A DNA stretch of 64,000 nucleotides from Takakia lepidozioides (Eukaryota > Plantae > Bryophyta). The notes beneath the pieces are model-generated. The model had not been told where the DNA came from. It saw only the letters and a list, made by a program, of their open reading frames with translations, and ran no database searches. Each line of letters starts with the position of its first letter. The first letter of the stretch is position 1. Location of the stretch: assembly GCA_030704615.1 (NCBI GenBank), contig CM060733.1, positions 53,134,001 through 53,198,000 of the forward strand, in the 5' to 3' direction. Both the position numbers and the translations under genes were made by a program. This document shows, in pieces, positions 1-12,520 of the stretch.

Positions 1-1674
1 ACTCTTTCCAAGAATTCTGAATTGTACAGTAATCTTTCAGGCTAGCATTACTTACTGGCATTCAATATAGAAGCATACTGATCAATGCCTGACCCATAAA
101 TGCATGTACACGGTGCCCAAAGTTGCCTGGATGTCTGGCTGTAGATTGATGACAATGTACAAATCCAACTACCCTTTCCCAGGCAGACCGGGTGCTGATC
201 AAGCGACATGCTTCACAGCAGCGATGAAGAAAAGTTGCTACGTCCTAGCGTGATACTAGTGTGATGAAATAGCCTTGTTCGATTAGACCATTTCTTTGTC
301 TGCTACCGAAGTTGTTACTGAGCAACTTGAAAGAGTCATCATCCTCCACACGAGTCCATCAAAACACTAAGTTCTCATCCTCATGAATCAATGCACATTT
401 TTTTTTCCAAGGCGCTTGCCTAGCACTTAGCTCCATTAGTGCTATATTGTTGTGGAAATGGCTAGATCCCATATGAGTTTTTATTGAAGGGTTGAATGTC
501 AATGAAACCATAATTTTCCCATTTTCCCATTCTTTTCCCTTATACTATGGTACTCAACTACTCAAGACTTAGCAGTGAATGCATTGGAATCTGGGTCTGA
601 AATTTAGTGAAATTTATGTTGAAAAAATGACTGTCTATGTTCACAATCCCCTTCTCAATGTCCATTTCAGTTACACCCACATCTATGATTTAGAGTAGAA
701 GATTTATGGACCATACTTTGGACAATCATGGAAAGTTATTGTTGGGCAGTAATCATACATGCTTGTCTAGTTGCTTATTATCTCTTGTTGGATTAAAGTT
801 TTTAGAGTTTGGAGCCAATTTGGATCATAAACACGAATAGACAAGTGCAGAAGTTGCAGCAAATGATATTACAAAAAAAGCATAGTTGTCAATTATGATG
901 TGACATGGCGCCAACACATCAGCGTCACGGAAAATCTAGAATGGACTTTAAAGTTTACGTCGGAACTTTTTTCACATTGTTTTTTTTTTTTTTAACGATC
1001 CGATTTATTCCCATGGACAAGGTGGCAGCCTACATGAATTGCACGCATGGCCTTCATATTTTTATTTTTTCAATGCAAAAGAAAATGTTGGGCAGCCGCA
1101 ACGGCCGACCAATAGCTAGATGGACGGCCAGATGACAGTGGGACAATCACACGGGGTGACCGTTGACCAATAGCTAGGGTACGATGGGGCTACGATGGCT
1201 ATGAGGTCGTTTTTTTTTTTCTTTTTTTTTCTTTTTTTTTGTTTGGTCTTTGTTTCTTTAAATAAATTTTGTCGGCGACCGCTCCACAATCATCAAACGA
1301 CTGCTTTACAAGGGTCTGGTCGGTTGTTCGATTTTTTAATTTTCTCTTTGAAAACAAATGGATTGCTTGATGTTATTTTTTGGGGGACCTTTGTGTCACA
1401 TTTTTCACCCCCTTAACAATTACATCAATATGATGCAAAATTGACCATGTTAAGGCTGCGTCAAACGTGACCTGACGTCGCTGATGCTGATAACTTTGAC
1501 GGAAAACGGGATGCCTGAAGTCAAGAGACCAAGTTTTTGGAAGTTCATTTGTGGACCAGTTCACTGAGAATTGCGGCTCGCTAGCTAACCTCACTCCCTG
1601 CGCCAGCCTATATGTAGTGTACGCCTCAATGTACTGTTGAAATCAATACTCTATGCTATGGGTATGTAATGTAC

Positions 1675-2510
1675 CAGTGTTGAGCGGGTATTAATTTAAT
1701 TTAATTTAATTTTTTATTTTTATTTATCCTCAAGGTAAGGGTAACCTGAATTTTGAGAAAAGATTTACTCAGTCAAGGAATTATTATTTTCAAATGGAAA
1801 CTAAGGGTCAGTTCCCGTTAATGCACATTTGTAGAACACATTGGGTCAGGGTATAACCGGGTACCCTCAAAATCTAACATGAGGGTAAGGTTATTTAACG
1901 GGTCCGGATAATTTGGTATACCAGCCGGATAAATATAATTAAGTTTGGGTAGGATAAGGGACATAACAATTTCCTAGGGATTTCGGATGAATTGGCAACA
2001 TAACCAATATAAACCAATCAAATGTTAACCAGAAGACATTAAAGTTGAATATAGCTTTGAGCATAATCAATCAATGTTAAAAAACTAAGTTTCAATTCCA
2101 AGAATATACTAGGTATAGTACATGTGCAAGGCAATGAAGCAGCCTAGAAAACCGCACTAGTACCTCCATAGTGTTATTTAATGGGATTTGTGATCTATCC
2201 TTGAGATACAATATCAGTGGGCACAAGAGCATAGGTTAGCAAGTCGATTACCTGGATTCCATTACCCGCTAAGAAAAACATTACCAGGCCTAAGGGTCAG
2301 GTAAATGCTGGTGAGTGGGCCGTCATCTAGGTCCAGGTCCAGGGGAAACATAAAATATCAGCTGTAAGGGTAAACAAAACCTGCAGGTCTGGATATATAT
2401 GGGTAAACAGTATTTTCTTTTCCCCTCTAATAATTCCAAATAAAATTTATCGCAGGGCCACTGTCCCCTGTTCTTTATATATATATATATATATATATAT
2501 ACCCGTACTG
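1675..2510. mobile_element. Degenerate non-autonomous hAT-like element (putative)
   Basis: Starts CAGTGTTG (same terminus as the clear hAT at 12521) and ends ...TACCCGTACTG. Flanks TAATGTAC / GTATGTAC match 6 of 8. The interior is rich in CGGGT/ACCCG/GGGTA motifs typical of hAT subterminal repeats. Confidence 0.4.
2476..2501. repeat. (TA)n microsatellite
   Basis: Perfect TA run. Confidence 0.9.
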
Positions 2511-2825
2511 GTATGTACATGATGGATATGTGTATATTGTATGTGCATGAAGACAACATCCGATGTGTGTGCTTATATTGAGTGGATGACATACCACCGA
2601 CAATAGGTATCTAGGGAGCTGATTTGAGAGAAGATTTTCCTTGATCCTGCAATGTTGTCAGTGATGGGGAAACTTTGTAATCAAAAGGTTGTTGGGTACC
2701 AAGTCATGTCATTCTCATCAGTGGCCTCACCCTAGCTTGTCCCTGAAGAACACAGATATTTGAAGAAAAACCAGCATACAAGAACAATGAAAGTTTCAAA
2801 CAACAGCCTGCTCACCACAATCAGG

Positions 2826-3554
2826 TGTCGTGGCCCTTTGCCTTGAGGGCAAGGGGGTCGGGACACATGAGGGGTTGCCCCTGTGGTGGGGGCAGCGGCA
2901 GCGATAGGTATGGGGGGCTGAAGCACCCTTGAGTGCCCAAGGCACCCAAGGAGGCGGAGGCGCTCACTAGGTGGAGCCCCGCACACCGGGTTGCGGTGGG
3001 GGTGGCTCCACAAGGGGTGGTGGTAGCTTAGCGGGACTTAGTGGGGGTGGCATAGGACTCACCATGGGGGCGGAGACCTCGTGGTGGGAGTCGTGGGGAG
3101 TCTTGGGACTCATCACGGTCCATAGGGGCCGTAGTGAGTGGGCCAAGACTCACCGCGACTCATCACCGGGAGTCGAGGGTTTTCGTGGTGGTTCGCCATA
3201 AAATGGCATGGCTGGTTGTGAAACCCCTGCGGACAGCTACAGAAGTATATATAAGGGGAGTAGTGACCCCGAGAACGGTGCAAGCCCGTTGGTGACCAAA
3301 AACTAGTGAGTAAGCGAGCGAGCCGGAAAGCGACCAAAGAGTGGGGAGCTGTTCCGGACTGCCATCTACCAAAGGGAATTCTTCTAGTCCCAAATAGGTG
3401 GAGGGTTTAGTGGGAAGCGAAGGGGGACCGTTATGTCCCGGTGAGCAGCCAAAGCTCCAAGTTGGCCCGGGCGGCCAGGTTGGGAGTCAGGCACGCGCAT
3501 CAAAGCGAGTAACTATGACTTGAAGGGGAGCTTATCGAAGTGTGGTGCGCGACA
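2826..3554 (+). repeat. 5' LTR (729 bp)
   Basis: TGTCG...CGCGACA; TATA-like TATATATAAG at ~3246; near-identical to 9077-9804 (11 substitutions and 1 indel counted by eye). Confidence 0.97.
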
Positions 3555-3556
3555 TT

Positions 3557-3568
3557 TGGTATCAAAGC
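3557..3568 (+). promoter_or_regulatory. Primer-binding site complementary to tRNA-iMet
   Basis: TGGTATCAAAGC 2 nt after the 5' LTR; one mismatch to the canonical TGGTATCAGAGC. Confidence 0.9.
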
Positions 3569-3609
3569 TTAGAGTTCAGTACGCGATCGTCCTTGGGATT
3601 GGCCTCATC

Positions 3610-6600
3610 ATGGGGTCGGGCAAGCCAAAGCGAAAGCGGAACGGCCCAAAAGATGATGATCCTGGTGAGCCCGATGGGGGCGACGTGTCACCGAAGCGGC
3701 CGTTTGAGGAAGCGACGCAGGTTTCTGAAAGCGAGGCCGCTCAAGAGCGGGAGGAATCTGAGGAGTCGGAGCCCGAGGAATCCGTGAGAGCTCCGACCGA
3801 CCAACAGATGCCTCCCATGCCGGCAGCCTTTTGGGAAGGGTTGTTGGCGCAGTTTGGCGGGACGTTGAAAGACGTGTTGAAGGCGGCTAATGCCACTTCC
3901 ACTAAGGCAAAGTTTAAGGTGAAGCCTAAGGAACCCGGCACCTTCGAGGGCGTCCGAAATCGGAAGGCACTCAACACCTGGCTCCTGGAGCTAGAGCAGT
4001 ACTTCCGGGCGGCCAAGTTGAGTGACGAGGATCAGGTGGAAGTGGCTCCCACCTATTTGAGGGGCTATGCTCAACAATGGTGGCAGAAATGCCTTCACGA
4101 CCGAGGTCCAAGCCCGGAAACCTTGGACTGGAGTGGGTTCAAGGAATTGATGAAGAGACAGTTTGTGCCCCTCAACGCGTCCTGGCTTGCCCGGGACAAG
4201 ATGAGGAATTTGAAGCAAACAGATGACATTCGGGGTATGTCCAGGCTTTCAATGTGCTGTTGCTCGAAGTCGCGGACATGGCAGAACCAGAAATGGTCTT
4301 CAACTTTGTGGCGGGACTGGCCCCAAGGGCCAGGCGGAAGTTGGAGGAGAAGCCACCCAAGACTTTGAACGAGGCAATTGAGAGGGCTGAATATTTCTCG
4401 GATGTCCCTAGGGGTGAGAGACAAGGCCGTACGGAGCTGAACCACAAGAAGACCCGGCGGGAAGGTGACTCCTCCCGACCGGAAAAGAAGTGGGATAGGC
4501 CACGCGGCGACAATGGCACGTGGAAATCGAAGGGAGGGCCTTCACACGTCAAGGCGGCACCCGGTGCTTCGAAAGGAAAAGCGGGTGGAGCGGCTTATGG
4601 CGGACAGAAGGCGACCTTTGATGGAGTGTGTTTCAATTGCGGGGAGCCCGGGCACATGGCCAAGAAGTGCACAAAACCTCGACAATTGAACATGACTTGG
4701 GCAACCACGGAGCTGTCGGAAGATACCATCAGTCGCTTGGTGGAAGCGGTGGTCGCCAGGACTTGCAAGGTAGGCAACTATTCTTGTGAGTTGTATCAGG
4801 AAACTGGCGCCCTGCGTAAAGGGAGTCAGTTATTGTTCGTGGATGGGATAATATCCGGAACTAACGTGTCGTTGTTGGTGGACACAGGAGCGTCGCACTC
4901 CTTCATGACGCCGGCGGCGGCGCGAAAGTTGGGACTCCCGACAAGTGACGTGGGGGCTTCTATTGAGGTGCGTTCTGCCAAAGGAGAACCACAATTGGCG
5001 ACAAGGTTGGCGTTTGATGTTCCTCTTCAACTGGGGAGTTGGGAGGGACGTGAGAACTTCACCATCTGCGAGATCGATGGAGTGGATCTCATTTTGGGGA
5101 TGACCTTTTTGAGCAAATCCGGAGCGGTCATAGATGGCCGCAAGAGAGTAGTCACGCTGCCATGTGGGAATGGTGGCGAGGTTTTACGAGTGTCGGAAAC
5201 GCCCAAATCCGTGGGAGGGCGAATAAACCTTCTGTCAGCAAAGGAGTGGGCCGCGGAGGAGGCACACGAGCCCCAATTTTTGCTTTACATTAGAGAAGTG
5301 AAAGGAGAAGGCGATGGGGAGCCGAGCCCAGATTGGATCAAGGGGATTTTGGAGAAATACCAGGATGTGATGCCGAAGGATTTACCAAGCGGCTTGCCAC
5401 CTCGAAGAGGAGTTGACCACAAGATTGAGGTGATACCGGGATCGGAACCGCCTGCCAAGGCGCCCTACCGGTTGAGCCACAGAGAGTTGGTCGAGCTGAA
5501 GACTCAACTCAAGGATCTAATGTCAAAGGGGTATATCCGGCCGAGTAAGTCACCTTACGGAGCCCCGGTGCTATTTGCAGACAAGAAGGATGGGACGCTG
5601 CGGATGTGTGTCGATTACAGGGCTCTAAATAAGGTGACTATCAAAAACCGGTACCCTTTGCCAAGGATCGACGACCTCTTTGATCGGTTGGCAGGAGCAA
5701 AGTATTTCAGCCGGATCGACTTGCGCTCTGGCTATCATCAAATTCGGGTGGCGGAAGGAGATGAGGAGAAGACCGCGTGCAGGACAAGGTATGGTTCATA
5801 TGAGTTCTTGGTGATGCCTTTTGGGCTCACCAATGCACCAGCGACATTTAGCACGCTGATGAACAGCCTTTTCCAGGAGTGGTTGGATGACTTTGTGATC
5901 GTGTACATCGACGACATCTTGGTGTACTCGAAAACAAAGGAAGAACACCTGGAGCACCTAAAAAGGGTGTTCCAAAAATTGCGAGAAGGGAAGCTGTATG
6001 CCAAAGCTTCAAAGTGCGAATTCGGGGTCACAAAAGTGGAGTTCCTGGGGCATGTGATTACACAGGATGGGATCAAAATGGATGACAGAAAGGTGAGGGC
6101 GATCTTGGACTGGGAGCCTCCGACTTCGGTCCCGGGAGTGCGATCCTTCCTAGGACTCGCCTCCTATTACCGGAAGTATGTGAGAAATTTCGCCAAGATC
6201 GCGGGGCCGTTGACGGACCTTCTGTGTAAATCCAAAGTCTGGGAATGGAACACATTTTGTGGCCAAGCTTTTGCTGAATTGAAGCAGCGGATGGCGGAAG
6301 CTCCAGTCTTGAAAATCCCGGAGTTCGATCGTCCATTTGAGATTCATACAGATGCGTCGGACTTCGCGATTGGGGGTGTACTTATGCAAGATGGACGTCC
6401 AGTGGCTTACGAAAGTAAGAAACTGAATGAAGTGGAGCGACGGTGGCCGACGCACGAAAAGAGATGAAGGCGGTGGTGCATTGCCTCGAGCTTTGGCGCC
6501 ACTATGTTGGTTCCAACCCAGTGAAGGTGTTCACGGACAATGTCACAATGAAGTATTTTGCCACGCAGCCCAAGTTGTCCCCAAAACAACTTAGGTGGCA

Positions 6601-8171
6601 AGATACTTTGGCGGTGTTCGACGTGGATATCCAGTACAAACCGGGACGAGACAACGTGGTGGCCGATGCTTTAAGTAGAAAGTAGCAGCTCTTGTTGGTG
6701 TACAAGGGCGAGACGGCGCTCCAAAGGAAGATCCGGAAGGCTTGCCGGAAGGATGAGCTGGCAAAGTCCGCGATGCAGGACTTGAGAGGATGGGGGTAAA
6801 TCGCAGTTCCACTTGCAAAATGGACTGCTCCGGTATAAGCAAAAACGTCTCTACGTGCCGAAGGGAGGGATCAGAGATAGCCTCTTGAGAGAATGCCATG
6901 ATAGCCCGCTTGCGGGCCACGGCGGAGCCAAGCGCACTGCGTCACTCTTGAAGAAAGAGTATTTCTGGCCCAAACTGAGGGAGGAGGCAGAGGAGTATGT
7001 CAAGACATGCACCACATGCCAACAAAACCGGAGTGAGTACAAAAAGCAAGCGGGGCTGTTACAACCCTTGCCAATTCCAGAGGGGACTTGGGAAAGCGTC
7101 TCGATGGATTTCATGACTGCTATGCCGCTGTCAAAAGGATTCGATGCAATCATGGTGGTGGTGGATAGGTTCAGTAAAATGGGCCATTTCATCCCCACCA
7201 AGGAGACGGCAACGGCGCAGGAGACGGGGCGACTTTACTTCGCCCACGTCTTAAAACATCATGGAGTCCCGAAGGATATTGTCTCGGACCGCGATCCAAA
7301 GTTTACGAGTAAATTTTGGAGGGCACTTTGGAAGAAGATGGGGACGAGGCTGAAGATGAGCACCGCCTTCCGACCTACGACCGACGGCCAAACAGAAAGG
7401 GTGAATTCCGTAGTGAAGCAGATCTTGCGGAATTACGTGTCGGCAGACCAAACAGACTGGGTGGAACACTTAGACGCGACAGAGTTCTGTTATAATAACA
7501 CAGAACACTCCGCAACGGGAGTTTCCCCTTTCGTATTGGTCTATGGAAAAGCACCTCTGGTGCCGACAAGTTGGGCCGCCCAGGACGTTGAGGAACTGGC
7601 AGTAGCGGCGGTACTGGAAGAACGCGAGCGTTTGTTGAAGCTCGCAAAGTACAATATTGCCAAAGCTAGGAAACGGTATGAAAGGCAGGCGAATCGGAAG
7701 CGGAGGGAAGTGAAGTTTGAGGCAGGCACAAAGGTCTGGTTGAACATCAAGAATTTCCGACTACCTCCGGAAGTGAGTCCGAAGTTCGTACCTCCGTATG
7801 CGGGACCCTTTCGCATTTGGAAGGTTATGAATGAGGATGTGTATGAATTGGAGCTGCCGACAAACAGTAAGGTGCACCCAGTATTCCATGTATCCCTTTT
7901 GAAGCCTTACTTCAAAGATGAAGCGCGTCCGAATCGGTATCAAGTGTTGCGTCCACCACCTATGCTGTTGGATCATGAAAATGAACCTGAGTACGAGGTG
8001 GAGGCATTACTTAAGTCGAGGAGGTTCAGGAACCGAGAAACGGAGTATCTCGTCAAATGGAAGGGCTATCATCATGTGGAGGCATCTTGGGTGCGTGCCT
8101 CAGAAATGGGAAACGCATCCGAGGCGGTTGCAGCTTTCGAAGGGCGACCTCAAAAGCGGAAGAAGCGTTGA
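3610..8171 (+). pseudogene. gag-pol polyprotein (Gag, CCHC knuckle, protease, RT, RNase H, integrase, chromodomain), broken
   Basis: Motifs [43 protein letters not shown], integrase HHCC and SMDF/VSDRD, chromodomain EYEVEALL...YLVKWKGY. Frameshifts at ~4235, ~6460 and ~6790; in-frame TAG at 6683-6685. Confidence 0.93.
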
Positions 8172-9076
8172 TGGGGACATCAACCTTGGAGCGTGGGGGA
8201 GGAAATGCATGCTTAGCCCGGCTTAGCTAGCTCAGGAATCCAATTGCAAAAACTTGTATTGTACAAAATTTGCTTTAAATGAAATGTTTCAAAATGTTGT
8301 GCTTCCTATTTTTGTTTGGAATGGCGATGCATGGTATGGTTGGCTAGTGTGTAGAAGGCATGCTAGCTTACAAAAGCGGGAGAGGTAAATTGGGTTAATC
8401 GTGTGTTTGCGCAGTGTCGAAATCGGGTGACTCCCATCCAAGGGGCAAGGAAACTTGCGCCTTCTTTGGGAGTTCACGTGCTAGTGCGCACCTGGCGCGT
8501 GCGCGTACTATAACTGCGCTACCGAGGGGGTTGCCTTGTAGTGCGGGCTAACGCGGAAGCTACGTGCTTCCGTTCACGTACTATAATCGTGTAGCCTCGG
8601 GACGAAGTCGTAGTGCGGCTTCGGCGTGTTCCCGTACCTCAGGCCAGCATTCCAAGGCGGACCCAATTGTAGTGATTGGGGCGCACGGTTGGTTCAAGGT
8701 TATCTTCCTAGTCAAAGAGGGTTCCAGGTGAACCCTTGCTCAAGGTGATGCCAAAAGCGGCATCATGAGCGATCGCAAGCAATGTTGTTGCAGTAAGGCG
8801 ATCCGATCCTCGGGGAGGATCGTTCCTTGGCCTTGAAGTAGACCAAGAAGAGTGCACTGGGAGGAGCTGGAGAGGCTCCACCCTTGGCCGGGACTTGGAG
8901 GAAGTCGGCCGAACTAGCTAATGGAGAGTAGAGTCAAGTGTGGGGTTTGGTTCTTTGCCATGGGACGCCATGGTACGGAAACAAACTCCTTGATGTGGGA
9001 CGCCACAACTTGGATGTTCGTTTCTACAAAATGAACAAGTCGATGAGGACATCGACTCCCTGTTGGTAGGGGTGTG

Positions 9077-9804
9077 TGTTGCGGCCCTTTGCCTTGAGGG
9101 CAAGGGGTCGGGACACATGAGGGGTTGCCCCTGTGGTGGGGGCAGCGGCAGCGATAGGTATGGGGGGCTGAAGCACCCTTGAGTGCCCAAGGCACCCAAG
9201 GAGGCAGAGGCGCTCACTAGGTGGAGCCCCGCACACCGGGTTGCGGTGGGGGTGGCTCCACAAGGGGTGGTGGTAGCTTAGCGGGACTTAGTGGGGGTGG
9301 CATAGGACTCACCATGGGGGCGGAGACCTCGTGGTGGGAGTCGTGGGGAGTCTTGGGGCTCATCACGGTCCATAGGGGCCGTAGTGAGTGGGCCAAGACT
9401 CACCGCGACTCATCACCAAGAGTCGAGGGTTTTTGTGGTGGTTCGCCATAAAATGGCATGGCTGGTTGTGAAACCCCTGCGGACAGCTACAGAAGTATAT
9501 ATAAGGGGAGTAGTGACCCCGAGAACGGTGCAAGCCCGTTGGTGACCAAAAACTAGTGAGTAAGCGAGCGAGCCGGAAAACGACCAAAGAGTGGGGAGCT
9601 GTTCCGGACTGCCATCTACCAAAGGGAATTCTCCTAGTCCCAAATAGGTGGAGGGTTTAGTGGGAAGCGAAGGGGGACCGTTATGTCCCGGTGAGCAGCC
9701 GAAGCTCCAAGTTGGCCCGGGCGGCCAGGTTGGGAGTCAGGCGCGCGCATCAAAGCGAGTAACTATGACTTGAAGGGGAGCTTATCGAAGTGTGGTGCGC
9801 GACA
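9077..9804 (+). repeat. 3' LTR (728 bp)
   Basis: Copy of 2826-3554, preceded by an atypical G-rich PPT (GGTAGGGGTGTG). Confidence 0.97.
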
Positions 9805-10425
9805 TCAGGTGTGTCAAGTCTACAGCTGTAGTCATGTAACTCTCACAGCTTGAGACACTGGAACTTGGATTCACCTGCAATCTCAGTATTAATCTAGTAA
9901 GACCAAATAATAGTTGCGAGCTCTCCAAACTCCGCAAGAACAAGTATTGGAGGTGAAATTTAACAAAGAGGATATAAGTGTGATTATCTAACCGATCAAT
10001 CTAAGACCTTCAATCCCGACTTTGACCATGACTATCTACCATCAGTCTTGAGCAAAATTCATTCATGAACTGGAAATGCACCAAAGAAAATGAATTTGTG
10101 TACCTCTAGCCCCAAGCTTTCCTCAGGGGAAAGATGATTGCAGCGGTTCCAATTTTTTCCCCCACCAAGAAACTAGGACATCAGGTGCCTTGAACTCACG
10201 TGGTGGGATGCGATTTCGACTTCTCTGTAGCTTTGTGGAGAGAAAGAAAGGAGGTCATAACATGCACAGGAGGCCCAAATTTCGAGGAGAATATATGAGA
10301 GAAAGATAGCACAACAGATAGATGTACAAAGTTTAGAATAACCAGCAGATGTGGAAAGCTGGGAAGCACATGATAGAGAACAACAATCCTCTATTTAAGA
10401 GGAGAGAATGTGGGGGTGACAACAC

Positions 10426-10526
10426 CTCATCAAGAACAGAAATTGTGGCAGATGCGTAGTCAAGTTGGCGAGCCCCATGATTGGACACCATGATGCGTGC
10501 AACTCCAGCCTGCAATGCTAGTGTCG
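10426..10526 (-). pseudogene. GOX: Isolated exon of glycolate oxidase / FMN alpha-hydroxy-acid oxidase
   Basis: (A)[33 protein letters not shown] matches the SNHGARQLD signature; flanked by AG and GT; no neighbouring GOX exons found. Confidence 0.8.
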
Positions 10527-11474
10527 CTGCACTCATGCACAAGTTTCTCATTTCAATCGCAATCAAGAACGAGACTCCAATGCTCATTCCCAAAAATGCA
10601 CCCAAAATAGCTAAACAATGAAACCTATATGACCGAAAAGTCCAGGGCATCTATGTGATAAAGGCACCACTATCTTACATGCACATTCCTATTCCGCTCT
10701 ATCGAAAATTTCAAATGACCACCACTACAAGGCCTAGCATGCCTTAACCAGAACCAATCTTGAAATCATTGAAAAAACAGAATACTCATACGTTGTCTGT
10801 TGTATGGACCGTACTATACGGGACATTCAATATTAGGATAAGCAGACCCTCAATGTCTCTGAGGGGATGTTGTGGAATGTGTAACTTCTGAACCTCTCAG
10901 GCAAGAAAGGATATATGTGCCTGACAAGTGGCAATTTATGAATGGTGCATCAAGCTTCTAGGCTGGACCTAGTTGCCTTACGAACTTTCAGCACACACTT
11001 GATGTTTTAATCATACAGGATTGTATTGATGTGGCCTGCCTGTGGAACATAGTGGTCTCATTGCCACATTTGCCAGTCAGCCTGGGATAGAAAGCTTTCA
11101 GTTGATATCATACTAGAAATTAAGGGGGGGTGCCTTGGCTACAAAAAGATTTTCATGCCTTAAAATGGAGGAACTATTGGCAACCTTGAAATCTGAAAAG
11201 GAACATCAACCATTGGGGACTACATACAGAAGACCTACCTTGTGCTCCAATCACTTGCAACTTCCTGTATTCAGAGAGAATACCCTGGACAATGTAAAGT
11301 AAGATACAAGAGAGGGGGAGAGAATGTACTCATAAGACGTAATGAAGGGAAGCTTTAGTAACCTGGCAAGTCCAAACTGTTTTATGATGACAAAAGATGA
11401 ACACTTGAGAAACAGATGGAAGAGAGAACCGTTGCAGCACTTACAATGCAGTCAGGGGAGCCACCATGGCACTT

Positions 11475-11684
11475 AGCATTGCAAACGCACACAAACATTA
11501 TGAGGTCGGGCTTCACCCCTTCCCCCATCATTTGCTCATAGGTCTCTAAAGCCTCCATCCCGCGCCCCTGCTTTGCATACCCTGCAAGCATAGCACTCCA
11601 CGACACCACATCTCGTTCAGTCTGCATAGTGTTGAACACTCCCTTTGCATCCTCTTGGCACCCACATTTGGCATACATGTCCAC
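11475..11684 (-). pseudogene. PLS-class PPR fragment (about two repeats)
   Basis: VDMYAKCG...A..VF..M..RDVVSWSAMLAGYAKQGRGMEALETYEQM..EGVKPD. Confidence 0.85.
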
Positions 11685-11730
11685 CTGGGTAGTGTTCAAA
11701 ATGACATCTAGTAATCTGATGGGCATTCAC

Positions 11731-11950
11731 CTTTTTGCCTTGGTTGTCCCACCATTGGTTGGGGTCAGAAAAGTATTCATTCCACAGCTTCTCCTCAATT
11801 CTGCTACTTGTTTTTGGATACTTTCCTGTTGTCGCATTGGCAGTATCGTGTCAAGAGTCACTCCAAACTAGATTCACTCGACCAGCTAACTTGAAGAATT
11901 CAACATGGAAATTTAGGTGGGTCTTATCCAATCAAGGTTCATTCAAGTTA
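11731..11950 (-). pseudogene. OSB-like (organellar ssDNA-binding) fragment with PDF motif
   Basis: EEKLWNEYFSDPNQWWDNQGKK resembles the first half of the OSB PDF motif (W..FF..P..WWDNR..K); upstream LNFHVEFFKLAG is weakly SSB-like; in-frame stops upstream. Confidence 0.6.
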
Positions 11951-12520
11951 ATATTTAAGTGGGGCAAAATTATCTGCTTCATGTAGGTACTATCTAGTGG
12001 AGGTATATCAGGATCTTACTCATTTTTGGCACCAATGCGTGGTCTCTCCCTTATAGGGAGGAGCCAATAAAGCACAAAGGGAAATGAAGGAAAACACACC
12101 TGCTGGACCTCGTGGCAATGCAGTCCGGTTTCCTCCTGAGGAACATGCATGAGAGAAATAATAGCTCAGTAGAAGAAAATGGGGAGGGGGGGGGGTTTTC
12201 CCTAAGATATGAACTGTATGCTAGTACCAAATATCGAAGGACCTCCTTTGGATAAGCATCTTCAACACATGTGTGATTACGACGAAGTTCCTTTCAAAAT
12301 ACTCTAATCTGTCATCCTCTTTCTTTTCAAGAAGAAGAGTTCTGGCCTTTCCCTGCTCTTCAACAGAAAAGGCAAGCTCATTCAAAACCTTCTTGGCCTA
12401 TGTCCAATTACTTACAATTCTTGGAGTTTCAACTTCCTCCAACAAATTTTCAGTATCCATTGCATGAAATTTGTCCCCAGGATTGTAGGGTAATGTCGGG
12501 GAGCGTGAAGCTGTTTGGAC

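Larger units (their letters stand above)
2826..9804 (+). mobile_element. Full-length Ty3/Gypsy chromovirus LTR retrotransposon (Galadriel-like), disrupted
   Basis: Two ~729-bp LTRs (TG...CA); 5-bp TSD TCAGG at 2821-2825 and 9805-9809; PBS; domain order gag-PR-RT-RH-IN-chromodomain. The RNase H motif [15 protein letters not shown]...KLSPKQLRWQDTLAVFD resembles the Galadriel clade (from recall, not a search). Confidence 0.97.

Noticed and set aside
900-1570. MITE/Mutator-like low-complexity segment with poly-T runs and short ORFs (905-1135, 1195-1416)
   Set aside because: No matching TIR pair or TSD found; the ORFs are poly-T artefacts.
2732-3393. Short ORFs within the LTRs (repeated at 9024-9643)
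   Set aside because: GC-rich LTR sequence with no protein motifs; duplicated only because the LTR is.
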